Shown piece after piece: positions 10,810 to 21,045 of a stretch of DNA of 36,328 nt. This DNA is from Salisapilia sapeloensis CBS 127946. Its lineage: Eukaryota > Protista > Oomycota. The number at the start of each line of letters is the position of its first letter. Position 1 is the stretch's first letter. Position numbers and translations under genes: made by a program. The stretch spans positions 1 through 36,328 of the forward strand of contig JAADVB010000200.1 of assembly GCA_023334545.1 (NCBI GenBank), given 5' to 3'. The notes under the pieces are model-generated. The model was not told the DNA's origin, made no database searches, and saw only the letters and a list, made by a program, of their open reading frames with translations.

Positions 10810-11741
10810 GTGTGCATACATTTGAATGTCCAGCTTTCATCGAGTGCGATACTGATGCTCGTCTCTCACTTGGGCCAAGAACTAGTTCCGTGGCAAAGAT
10901 TCGGGCAGCAAGCGAGTTTCAACAGCATTTTGAAGTGTGCTATGATCGACCTTGTCCTGCATTTGAACCTAGATATACACACAGGTGTAGCTTCAGAAAA
11001 CTGATTTGATTAAAATGACGAAATAGCTGATAGCTTCTCGAACCACATCCCTCCGACAAAGATCGCACACCGTGTTTGTTCGAAACTCAAATGGCAGGAA
11101 ATTACTTCATGACGCCAATCGTGCAGCAAAACTTGAACAAGTCTCGAAGGTTGGCGTCCGACGGGTCGGAGCCTTAAGAAAGATGTCAAACCATACGGCT
11201 TGAGAGTATGTAGAAAAGTGGAAGTCTCATGTAACTTTCTTCTTGACAGATATGGCATCAGCACGAGGATACAGTGGCACGCACGCACGTATTGGTTGAG
11301 GTATTGTAGCGAAGAACGCATTATGTACCTTCGAATCCATCCCGGCCGCAACTGTGTAGAAGTTTCGAATCATAGGCGAAACGGCACCACACAAGCATGG
11401 AATGGCCAGTCTTTACGTCATCAGCGGACACTGCCCAGCGCCGAAGTCTCGTGACATAATTGTATCATAGTACTTGAACGGTACTTCTGGTCTATATTGC
11501 TGATCCACTTCTGGCGGCATCAAAGAACTGTTGCAAACAGGATCTGATCAGTGCGAGGTATATGCGCCACCCACGACAAGATGTAAACGTGCAGACCGAG
11601 CAGTGAGGCTCGCCGATATGGTGTGTCATCTCGACTAGACAAGGGTCTGGCATTTTGAAGACGAGACGATCGCGGTCTCTGAGGATAGACACGCGCCACT
11701 AGCTGGTCTGTTTGAGGGGCATCATCGAGGGTAGGAAGTAG
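10810..11741. pseudogene. Degenerate coding-like relic of unknown origin (possibly transposon-derived)
   Basis: One + frame (10810 onward) and the codon-aligned - frame (11741-11010) each run about 250 codons with only a few stops, mostly TGA. No family recognised and the coding strand is unresolved. Confidence 0.25.
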
Positions 11742-12827
11742 CTAGTCGGAGATGGTAGGCAAAAGAAGTAAAGCTTGAACGAGTTCAATCGTTTGTATCA
11801 GCGTCGCTCAGAGTACTTTATGGGTGTCCGCTTGCGCCACACGTCCCTGCAACTGGCTGCAAAATCTAACTGAATGGTGCTAATAGACCATGGACACCTG
11901 CGCATTAAAGTAGAAACTCTGATCAAGATTGGTGACTGCACAATCTCTGACTAGCCGATCAGCTCATATACAGACTTGCTCGATGAAAGCATAAAGACTA
12001 GCACGTCTCGGATGCATAGCAACTCCATCCGTGTAGTCATCAGTAGCTGTACGCTTTATCCCACGGTTATTCTCCAGATGCTGTCGCACAAAGAGAGGGA
12101 CACTTGAAATGGTACAGTATCTATATCCATTACGTATTTTGATCGGTAACTCTCTCCTCGTGCAATGCGTGTTGAGTGGATCTGGTGTAGGAGAGCGAAG
12201 TCGTCGTTTGCAAGTTGAAAGTCTCCATTAGCTTCCTTCAAAGATCCTACTACCGCGGGAAGATTGGCACGGTTTCCGTCTAGCTAGATTGAAAGATGGT
12301 CACCAGTCGACATTTGCACGCCAGCATCACAGTTACTTGTCATTCATTGGAACAATTAGAAAGCTCTTGCCAAGGCCACTTCTTAACCCACGAGATCACA
12401 CGGGCACAAGAGTTTCTTACTTCATTTCCGTTCTAGCTCCAAGACAGCAACCGCACATCCACCTATACTTCGCTCGGTGGAAAAGTCCAGGAACAGGCTC
12501 GAAGTTTGTGGTATTCACATCCTCCGAGTCTCACATCTCTCAATACTCGACATCGCGTGACTGAGCTCAGTCCGAAGCAGCGTTTATTTTAAAGAAGTGG
12601 ACCTGCCTTCCTTCAAAGCATACATTGCGCCTGTGATCTCTGGATCCAGCCCTCACTCACGCAGCCTTCCGAAGACACCGATTCTCCCTACTAAGATCTA
12701 TTAGACAGCAAATTCGAGCACACACGCTTGAGGCCCGTTGTCGATCGTCACCTCTACCATCATCTTTGCACATTTCCCTCCCGTTCCCACGGAAGTAGCC
12801 TTACAACTATCCTATCGCACTGGGAGC

Positions 12828-14090
12828 ATGCGAAGCAAGATGCACAGCGGGTCTGGACACGGTGATATCAGCAACGTGGTGCCCAGTGCCGATGGAGATG
12901 TTGACAGCATTGGCAGAGGCGATACGTACGTACCAGTGTTTCAACCATACCGTATATCCACGGGACGTAAGATAGCTTGCAGTCGAAATGACCAACAGCA
13001 GCCGAACGATGACGCGCGAGAGAAGAAGCGAGCTCGGATTGGCGAAGCGTCCGAGACGAAAGGCTTGGTAGATAGGAACCAAGATATGGACTCAGGTAGC
13101 ACGGAGATACCACCGGAGAGATGGGAAAGTGGGTCAATGGAACAACCACCGAGTACGCAGACGGAAGACGCTGCATACGCGCTGGAAGGTCTGTCACGCA
13201 GTAGAGACGCAGGCGCTCGTCCTCTCTCGGATAGACACCCGTACACGCCTGACTCGATCCTAAGATGCCTTCGACCGTACTTTGAAATGCCGCTGAAGGA
13301 GGCTGCAGCTCATTTGGGCTACTCCGAGGCGTGGATCAAGAACCTGCGCAAGAGGGCCGGCATCCCAAAGTGGCCGTATCTGGAGATAAGAGGGCTCCGT
13401 CGCGAAATTGATGAACTCGAGGCCAAGTATATCAGCTACTTTCGAGATGGCTACCAGCAGAGCTATGCTAAAAGCGCCATGGTGCTTCAAAAGAGGCTGG
13501 AGAGTTTCCTGGCGACCGGATGCGACCTAAAGGAGGAAGCGAAAGCGCAGGTGCTTCGCCAGTTGGACACCAAGTATCCTTTGCCACCGCCAGCGTCATC
13601 TCATCCGACCTCTTCATCGCATCTAACGTCTAGGCCTCCTCGAGACGTGGTGTATCAAAGGGGATCGCCGTACGAACGGGCTCAGTCGGACTGGATGAAT
13701 CTTAGAGATCCTGCAGTCGATACCATGGTCGGTGCGAACGGAATGAGACAAGGCCTTATCCGACAGGAGAGTGCGCCTCCAGTGCTGATGAATCCGTCTA
13801 TGGGTATGGTACCACCTAACACGGGCGCATGGATGCGACAAGATCCACAGCAGCAAACAATGGAAATACAACGTGGTCGGGAAGGGATGATGCTTCGACA
13901 GCGATGGACATCTCTCGACACGCCCACGCACGAAGGACGTTACTATATCAGCGGTCAAGCTAACACTCTGCCTCCTATTCGAAAGGTGATGGCGAGTCAG
14001 CTGCAGAAGCGCGGGTGGCACGAATCTTTCTCCGCGAACGAAGACATGCGTCAGGATGAGACGCGGTGGGGAGGAGCTGGAGAGAGCTGA
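12828..14090 (+). CDS. RWP-RK-like transcription factor (divergent motif)
   Basis: LRPYFEMPLKEAAAHLGYSEAWIKNLRKRAGIPKWPYLEIRGL matches the RWP-RK layout (YFxLPxxEAAxxLG...GIxRWPxRK) and is followed by a helical segment. First ATG at 12828 (the track start at 12738 is a TTG). Confidence 0.75.
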   Translation: MRSKMHSGSGHGDISNVVPSADGDVDSIGRGDTYVPVFQPYRISTGRKIACSRNDQQQPNDDAREKKRARIGEASETKGLVDRNQDMDSGSTEIPPERWESGSMEQPPSTQTEDAAYALEGLSRSRDAGARPLSDRHPYTPDSILRCLRPYFEMPLKEAAAHLGYSEAWIKNLRKRAGIPKWPYLEIRGLRREIDELEAKYISYFRDGYQQSYAKSAMVLQKRLESFLATGCDLKEEAKAQVLRQLDTKYPLPPPASSHPTSSSHLTSRPPRDVVYQRGSPYERAQSDWMNLRDPAVDTMVGANGMRQGLIRQESAPPVLMNPSMGMVPPNTGAWMRQDPQQQTMEIQRGREGMMLRQRWTSLDTPTHEGRYYISGQANTLPPIRKVMASQLQKRGWHESFSANEDMRQDETRWGGAGES

Positions 14091-14127
14091 TGGAAACATT
14101 GCGTATGGTATTTCGGGATGCAAGTGC

Positions 14128-14655
14128 TTAAATAAAAGAAGCGAGGAAGGCTTGGGTGTCCAGGCTGCCTCCAGTAAACATGATCGCTTCTGTGACAGAG
14201 CGTTGATATCTCATACGCCATGCCAAGAGTGATGAAATGAATTGATGCGCTTGTGTTGAAAGCCTACTGTAGGGCTCATCCATGCGTGTACCGTCCGTGC
14301 ACGTCAAAGCCACGGCGATGGCCTTTCTGATGTATCTTTGCTTCGAAGGCGAGCGTGGTTCTTGGCCACGGACGCTTTCGATGTACAGACTCACCTCTTT
14401 CGGGCTCGAGAGTGGCTCGGCGAGTTTAATCGAAGCAACGACGTAGGAAGCGTCCGGTAATCTTATTTCGACGCGCGAAAGTAGGTGATCCAATAAGTGC
14501 TGTCTCGACGCCAGCCACGAATATATTGACGACTGTGATACATGTACTTTAACGCTCGAAGTGACATTCATGGCAAGGAATACGTCTCTGAGCTTCTCTG
14601 CTTTAGACAACTCGATATCTGCGCGAGTATGGTCTACCTTCACGTGGAGCGACAT
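14128..14655 (-). CDS. Hypothetical protein, 175 aa
   Basis: ATG in an A-rich context (AAACAATG), globular-looking composition, convergent on the RWP-RK gene. No recognised domain. Confidence 0.5.
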   Translation of the reverse strand: MSLHVKVDHTRADIELSKAEKLRDVFLAMNVTSSVKVHVSQSSIYSWLASRQHLLDHLLSRVEIRLPDASYVVASIKLAEPLSSPKEVSLYIESVRGQEPRSPSKQRYIRKAIAVALTCTDGTRMDEPYSRLSTQAHQFISSLLAWRMRYQRSVTEAIMFTGGSLDTQAFLASFI

Positions 14656-15195
14656 TGTTTAACATCAAAGAGCAGGTCGTGGTACAAATACAGGCGGTTT
14701 CCAGTATACCGCTGAGGTCGGTCAGGTTGAAGGATTGCATAACTTGAAGCATAAAAAAGTTTTTACGAATTAACATTAGTATATTTTGCCTTCAGTCGAG
14801 GCAGATTAGCAAACCAATTGACTCGATGTGTTCTCGCATGTACGATGACTAGCTATAAAGCCGTTTCAATACAAACGCAGAAGCTATTAAATGCATTTGG
14901 AGGTGTCCACAATGAATCAAGTGCTCGGTCATTCCTTCTTCCTGGAATTCGCAGCGCGTGGTGTTCATGCCTAAAACCTGCATTCACAATGGTGGGGTGC
15001 TGATTTTTCCACCATTTCGTCTACGTTGCAAATCTGCCCGAGCTCTGGAAATGAAGTTACCGAAGGCGATAAACGCAGTCATCGCCAATCTTTGTGATTG
15101 AAAGTAGGAAGTCGTGCATTATTTCTTTGGGCGAAACTGATCTGTATCTACTGGTGAAAGTACGAACTGCAATGATGGTAAAACGCTCGTTTTAA

Positions 15196-15747
15196 AGTAA
15201 AGGAAGGCCCTTCGCCTTTGACTTGTGGGATCTTGCCTATCGAATGTTCCTGCGCTATTTCCTCGCTGATGAAACCGATTATGGCAAAGCTTTAGCGCGA
15301 ACTCGCACTTACCTTGGCAGGTTGTGAATGTACATACTAATGCCCGAGCTTCGGAAAAGATCCAAAGGTAGGCTTGATCGCGACCCCTGAAACCAATTCC
15401 TCGGTTCTTGATGGCTCGGAAAAAGGATACGAGCGAGAGAGCGAGATTTTAATGCGAAGCGTGCTCTTCGTGGGCATCCTTATCGATCTTTTTCTACTAA
15501 ATTGGCAAGAGAGTACAATGAAGCGTCTACCATCGCCAAAAGGCAGAAGAAACTCCGTACGTTATCGTCCGAAAGCAAAAAGAAAAGCCAAAGCATCCGA
15601 CGTAAGGACCTCTTACTGTGCACAAAAGCTTCTACACGTCCTCTTGCAGAAAGAGAAGGTATGAGAACGAAGCCCGGCGATCCTTTCATGTGCTTGTGGA
15701 TGGAAACCAGATTTGCGCTGATATCCCAACTTCGATCTAGTAGATGA
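15196..15747 (+). pseudogene. Degenerate ORF relic interrupted by three in-frame TGA codons
   Basis: One frame reads FAFDLWDLAYRMFLRYFLADETDYGKALARTRTYLGRL*MYILMPELRKRSKGRLDRDP*NQFLGS*WLGKRIRARERDFNAKRAL...; protein-like, family not recognised. Confidence 0.3.
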
Positions 15748-16100
15748 CTTCGTAGGTGATAGATCCATCGTGTAGATATGGAAACCTACTTTGCAAGGTC
15801 CCATTGCCGGCTCGATCAGAATTCGATGGAGGTCACGTCAATCTGCGAATCGGGCGCTGTTGGTGTACGCCGTCCAAGCATTTGAAGTGTCCCTCCGTAC
15901 CAGCGATACGGCACGGAGTGGAAGCAACAAAATTTTAAATATGAAACGGTGTTTCTGTCGCTTGATTGCTGTATGCAGGCGCTTCTTGCTGAACTCGACC
16001 CACTTCTTCTTCTTTCAAATTTTCTCTGCCTGTGCCACTACGCCTTCATTAAAAATTTTGCAGCCCTCAACTCACGCCTTCTGTCCAACTATCCTTCCAA

Positions 16101-16541
16101 ATGATTTCCAGCACGACAGACTCGACTTCGGCTCGCCTCGGATACGCCCATCCTCACAACTTGGCATCTGCTGACATCCCGCAAGATCGACCTTCGAATC
16201 AGGAAGACAACTTTCACTCGGGCGAGGAATACGATGAAGAAGACATTGCGCGTTCAAACTGTAATCGAGTCTTCTACCCGCACCCACGAGTCTGCCTCAC
16301 GTACTGGGATGAGAGCCTTCGCAACCGCATGTGCGAAAACGTAAAAGAGCTGATCGATATTGTCAGTGAAAAGGAGACGAAAGCAAGTCCGACGCAAGCG
16401 CGGTTGGCCAAGAAGGCTCTTGCCTACCGACGGATCTCGTCCCGGTTACCAGAGGTCGATCCGAACGACCCGAGCTTTGATGTGTCTGCATTTCTAGGTG
16501 TAGAGTGGCGTAAAGCACCGACGGCAAGCCGATGTGGCTAA
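16101..16541 (+). CDS. Small hypothetical protein, 146 aa
   Basis: ATG-started ORF with an acidic N-terminal linker and a structured-looking core (CNRVFYPHPRVCLTYWDESLRNRMC...LAKKALAYRRI...PSFDVSAFLGVEW). Preceded by a pyrimidine-rich leader. Confidence 0.55.
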   Translation: MISSTTDSTSARLGYAHPHNLASADIPQDRPSNQEDNFHSGEEYDEEDIARSNCNRVFYPHPRVCLTYWDESLRNRMCENVKELIDIVSEKETKASPTQARLAKKALAYRRISSRLPEVDPNDPSFDVSAFLGVEWRKAPTASRCG

Positions 16542-17354
16542 ATGTGCACCAGATACGTGTAGTTGTATTACCAATAGAGTATATCCATAATTTAAAATGG
16601 TTATCTTGTTCATGCATGGAGATCAGTGGAAACGTGTGCCTTTGTTCAGAGTTTCATTCCTCGTGTCTAGTAGAGGTAGATATAAAGCATGCGCCCTTTC
16701 ACAATTATGTACCTGGATGTGCCACTAGAAAGGTAGATGCTTCGGCCGTAGACATGAAAACCAACGGGAAATAGGAGTTTAGCACCTAGCACCCTCTATC
16801 CACCGGAAAGTCTAAGCTTGATTTCAACGCTTCATCATTGCACTAAAGCAATTGTAATAATTACATGCAAGTAGAGCAAAGTACGTAGCGTAAACGATAC
16901 TTCTATGTAGTCTCCCGCTCGCCGTCTTAAGTTTAGCGGACACATCGCGCGTATTAAAAGCAGCATGGCAGATAGCCAGTCGATAAAAAGGGCACTTTGG
17001 CTTCAAGAAAAGTTCTGGACTGCTGCATCTATCTTTAAAGCAGAGACACCCCATCAGCTCTATTCTTTGAGACTTTTGAAGCACTGACAAAGCACTATGA
17101 CGTGAAAGCGAATGACAAACGAGTCGACTACAAACTATTGCATATATTTAGTATCTGTTGTACGACAGCGTCAAAGTACATCTCGCCAGTCTGTTCTTTC
17201 ATAATACTGGTACCAACGCGCATAAGCGTTTTGCTGGTAAAGGCCAATAGAGAACAAGGCGTGGATGGTTCATGTTCTATGCTCATATAATCGGTAACAG
17301 AACAATCAAAGGCACTAAGCGATGTCTAACTATATTTATAGATAGGATTAGTTT

Positions 17355-17385
17355 GAAGTTGAAGTGAAGCGAAGCGAAGTTGAAG
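17355..17385 (+). repeat. Short imperfect tandem repeat of GAAG(T/C/TT), six units
   Basis: gaagtt gaagt gaagc gaagc gaagtt gaag read directly in intergenic DNA. Confidence 0.6.
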
Positions 17386-17701
17386 ATGAGTATCTTGGAT
17401 GGCAGCAATGCAAAGAGCGATAGTGAAAATGCAAAAAACACGAAGGCACTCGAGACGGACAAAATTATATTATAGTCTTGCTATCTTCCATATAAATCTT
17501 GGTCATGGTGACGGCTGCCAAGATCAGTACTAGCGGATAAGTGCTCATGATCAACTATCCTTGCGTTTTATGTATTTCTTCTTTCGGAGATTCTTCTTCT
17601 CGAGTAGTTCCAAGGCCTGAAAACTTGTCAACAACGAATGACCTCGAGAAAAAAGTTGGACCAACAATATAATCAATATTTGCATGCGACCAGGCCTAAC
17701 T

Positions 17702-19885
17702 TTACTCCTCGTTCATTGAAATATATTTGCTTAAGTAGTCGGTATATGTTCGGCCACTCTTATCACCGATTAGTTTCTCCCAAAAGGTTGAAAGTAGATA
17801 AGTTCCATTAGGCTCAGCCGTCAAGTCATTTCTCTCCGTCACATCTCCAGTCGTCTCAATCGCATTGAGATCAGTATGAGCCTGGCGAAGGCATGGATAT
17901 CTTATCTTGTCAGCTTCAAACCTATTTAATGGATCTATCTCGTTTTCAACAATATCTTCGCATACTTTGCTAATTTTTTCTGTCAGTTCCTCTATCGGAG
18001 AACGATTTGGCAGCTCTTCCGGCTTTGAACGAGTGGTAGGTTCCGATGCTGTAGACTGCAAGCTCTTTGTCGGCGAAGTCATATCTTGGTCAGAATTCAC
18101 TTCACTAGACAATGACCTCGTCAGTTTCAAGTCGACAGAACTAGAACATTTCTTTTTCCCTTCCCATCGAGTGCTTGTCTTTGGAGTTACTCTACTCCAG
18201 TCCAATTTCTCGATGACGATCTTGTGAGGTTTCCTCTTTAAGAATGATTTCACTTCTGCACTTGAATGATCCATATCAGCTCGAATATACTTTTGTTTGT
18301 TTGGCGAAGATGGATCTGGTGAAAGCGCCTCTACGTCGAGCGATGATACAGACGATGGTGAAGATGGAGGTGAAAAAGCTTGGATTCGACGAAAAGCAGG
18401 TTTAGCACGAGCCTTATCACTCTTCAGTTCCTGATGTGTGCTCATTTTGATGATGTCTCTTTCATTGTGCTTTGACTTGATATCTGAAGAAAGCGTTGAA
18501 TTACTCTTTACTAAAGTTGATTTCTGTTCTGTACCAGGTGCTATAGTCTCCCCTTTAGATGATAGATCAAATTTCTGGGTTTTTGATGTTTTTGGTGCTG
18601 TCTTTCGTACTCCACGTTTCTTCACTGGAGGTGTTTTGGTCTCCACTTGAATGGCTGGCACGACTGGAGATATGTAAGGCTTAAGAATCTGCTCTCCGGT
18701 ATCCGCTACCTGTACTTGTTCTAAAGCAATTTGAAGCTTTAACTCCCCACGTACAGTTGCTTCTACTGCGGGCTTTTCAAGAGGAAACCATCGAGACATG
18801 GCATATTGACTGGCAAAGGACATTTCAAGTAAGTAGAGAGGAACGTTTACTTTCCCAATGGTTTGTACTTCGTCGTTAGAATACGACTTTACTTCTCCTT
18901 CCAGAACCCATTCATCGATTACCTGTCTTTGCTCTTCCGGCAATTTACACACTTCATGTGTAAACTTTTCATCCCATTCAATATTCTCTCTTTCGCTTAG
19001 TACAAATTCTTTTGTACTAGAAATAAAACTATTTAAATCGATTCCGTTGTGCTTTAATGCGAGCTCGACGCATATATTCGCCGTTTCTACACGTGATAAA
19101 CCACTGTTGCCAGCAAGATCCCGGATCGCTAGCACTTTCACGGACACTTGGTGAAAAGTTGATACAATATTTTTCATCTCTTCAACGACGACTTCTGGTT
19201 CTTCCAGTTCCTTTGGCTCTTCTACTGGGAATAACTCGGCATCATTCATCATCATTGGCACTGGAACAGGCGATTTGGCAGGCGATTGTTGACATGACGG
19301 TGCAGGTGAACTAGGACTTATTGAAGATCCTTTGCATGAAGATGGAGATGTCTGATATGGAGATGGTGGCTTCTCATACGGAGGTAGAGGTGACCGTCGA
19401 CTTAATGGAGACTTTCGGCATGGAGACGGAGGTAAGCTCCTGGTTGATGGAGATCTTTGGCATGGCATCGGGGACATACGCCGTGCTAACGGAGACTTTT
19501 GTGTTGGTTCTAATGGTATCATGATCGAGTCTGACACAAGCTCCAATTCCATTTCCAATCGATCTCGATACTGCTTAAAAGCTCTAGCTATTATATTCGC
19601 AGCTTCCTTTCGCCGATTGCGGATCCACTCTCGATCAGCAGCAAGTTGCTTCCAATACAAGGCTTCTTCTCGCCTAATTCTTGCTTGTTCCTCCGAATCA
19701 TTTCGAATGTAATACTCTTGATACCGTCGATACGGATCCGACGTCTCCCAATACTCTCCATAAGACCCAGTAAAAGCAGGCATGGGTGAATGTTCCTGTG
19801 AAAATATTCTTTCATTATATTCCCTTTCATAATCTGGGTAGTACCTGTCCTGCCTCCGACTCATAAAGTCTTCATAAGACTCCAT
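17702..19885 (-). CDS. IQ-motif and C2-domain protein with Ser/Pro-rich repeats
   Basis: Long intron-free ORF. IQ-like AANIIARAFKQYR, SP-rich segment, C2-like VSVKVLAIRDL...IEWDEKF...IGKVNVPL...RWFPLE...GELKLQIAL. Start taken at MESYEDF (19885); the upstream in-frame ATG at 19960 is possible. Confidence 0.75.
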   Translation of the reverse strand: MESYEDFMSRRQDRYYPDYEREYNERIFSQEHSPMPAFTGSYGEYWETSDPYRRYQEYYIRNDSEEQARIRREEALYWKQLAADREWIRNRRKEAANIIARAFKQYRDRLEMELELVSDSIMIPLEPTQKSPLARRMSPMPCQRSPSTRSLPPSPCRKSPLSRRSPLPPYEKPPSPYQTSPSSCKGSSISPSSPAPSCQQSPAKSPVPVPMMMNDAELFPVEEPKELEEPEVVVEEMKNIVSTFHQVSVKVLAIRDLAGNSGLSRVETANICVELALKHNGIDLNSFISSTKEFVLSERENIEWDEKFTHEVCKLPEEQRQVIDEWVLEGEVKSYSNDEVQTIGKVNVPLYLLEMSFASQYAMSRWFPLEKPAVEATVRGELKLQIALEQVQVADTGEQILKPYISPVVPAIQVETKTPPVKKRGVRKTAPKTSKTQKFDLSSKGETIAPGTEQKSTLVKSNSTLSSDIKSKHNERDIIKMSTHQELKSDKARAKPAFRRIQAFSPPSSPSSVSSLDVEALSPDPSSPNKQKYIRADMDHSSAEVKSFLKRKPHKIVIEKLDWSRVTPKTSTRWEGKKKCSSSVDLKLTRSLSSEVNSDQDMTSPTKSLQSTASEPTTRSKPEELPNRSPIEELTEKISKVCEDIVENEIDPLNRFEADKIRYPCLRQAHTDLNAIETTGDVTERNDLTAEPNGTYLLSTFWEKLIGDKSGRTYTDYLSKYISMNEE

Positions 19886-20029
19886 GACACCAGCCTTGGT
19901 GCTCAAATTGGCATACGGCGTTTCGCAGTGCTCAACTTGAAGATCAACAGATGTTAACATGGCAGCATGACGTTCGTAACGGGGTCAACAAAAGTGACCA
20001 GCTATCCGCGTCCAAGAGAATCGAAGGTG

Positions 20030-21001
20030 ATGGAGAGGCTTGGAGGACGATTAAAAGGCGATCCGTTTTTCCAGACCAGTGCAGATGACTACTATGACTT
20101 CATACCGAGTGATGAAGAAGGTATTGATGAAGACGAGCCACAATCAGTGGAGCAAGCACAGCCTATGAGTGATTATAGCAGCTCCGAGTCCAGCATGACG
20201 CATCTATCGAATGCATCAGCATCTCGATCTGCAAAATCACAAGTCCTGAAGCCTCTAAGTGACATGGCTCATGCAATTTCATCCAACTACACTGACAATT
20301 CGGTCCAATATGCTCCAATAGAGAGCTCCCCGAAACTTTCCTCTGCAGCTTTACAAGCGCATACGAATCGCAAAATAGAGCTGGAGGAAGCGTTAGACTC
20401 TATTTCCATCACACCAAACGATCACAATGCTCCTATGGATGCCCCATTCCGATACATCGGCCAACAATCAGCACTCAACGTCACATCACCGGCTCCAACG
20501 AGTGGCAAGGTGGAGGGACATGGACCGGAGAAGCACAGTCGTGCATCCTTTGCGTCTCATCAGACGCTCCCAGAAGAAGATGTTGATCCATTGTACGATG
20601 ACCGCCAGGACGATAGGAACGAGCAGTGGGTTCAGTCGAATCTTCGCTCCGACCAGGGTAAGACGACGGATGCCATTCTCTGCTGCCCATGCTGCTTCCT
20701 CACAGTCTCGATGGAATGCAAGCGCCACCCCAAGTACTCTGGCCAATACACCTCTCCAGTAGGCATGAATTGTCGAGTGAAGAAAGATGAAGTCTTTACA
20801 CTGGATAGTGGAGAGCAATCGTCACTAAGTAGTCGCCATTACTCCACTCGACAGCAAGACACGGCGAATCGACACTCGACGATCATGTTGGATGAAGACG
20901 AGTACTTCGGTGTCACATGCTCCGACTGTAACACGACTGTCGGTATCTACGACCAGCATGGCGAGTACCATTTCTTCAACGTCTTACCAAGTAATCCATA
21001 A
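20030..21001 (+). CDS. EAPP: E2F-associated phosphoprotein-like (Eapp_C domain)
   Basis: N-terminal acidic YYDFIPSDEE, then PLYDDRQDDRNEQWV, DAILCCPCCFLTVSMECKRH...QY...MNCRV and VTCSDCNTTVGIYD..EYHFFNVLPS, the EAPP C-terminal Cys pattern. The start could be 19967 or 20030. Confidence 0.85.
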   Translation: MERLGGRLKGDPFFQTSADDYYDFIPSDEEGIDEDEPQSVEQAQPMSDYSSSESSMTHLSNASASRSAKSQVLKPLSDMAHAISSNYTDNSVQYAPIESSPKLSSAALQAHTNRKIELEEALDSISITPNDHNAPMDAPFRYIGQQSALNVTSPAPTSGKVEGHGPEKHSRASFASHQTLPEEDVDPLYDDRQDDRNEQWVQSNLRSDQGKTTDAILCCPCCFLTVSMECKRHPKYSGQYTSPVGMNCRVKKDEVFTLDSGEQSSLSSRHYSTRQQDTANRHSTIMLDEDEYFGVTCSDCNTTVGIYDQHGEYHFFNVLPSNP

Positions 21002-21045
21002 ATCAATGTATTCTTCTTTAAACATCGCTACTTGCTCACTATGCT

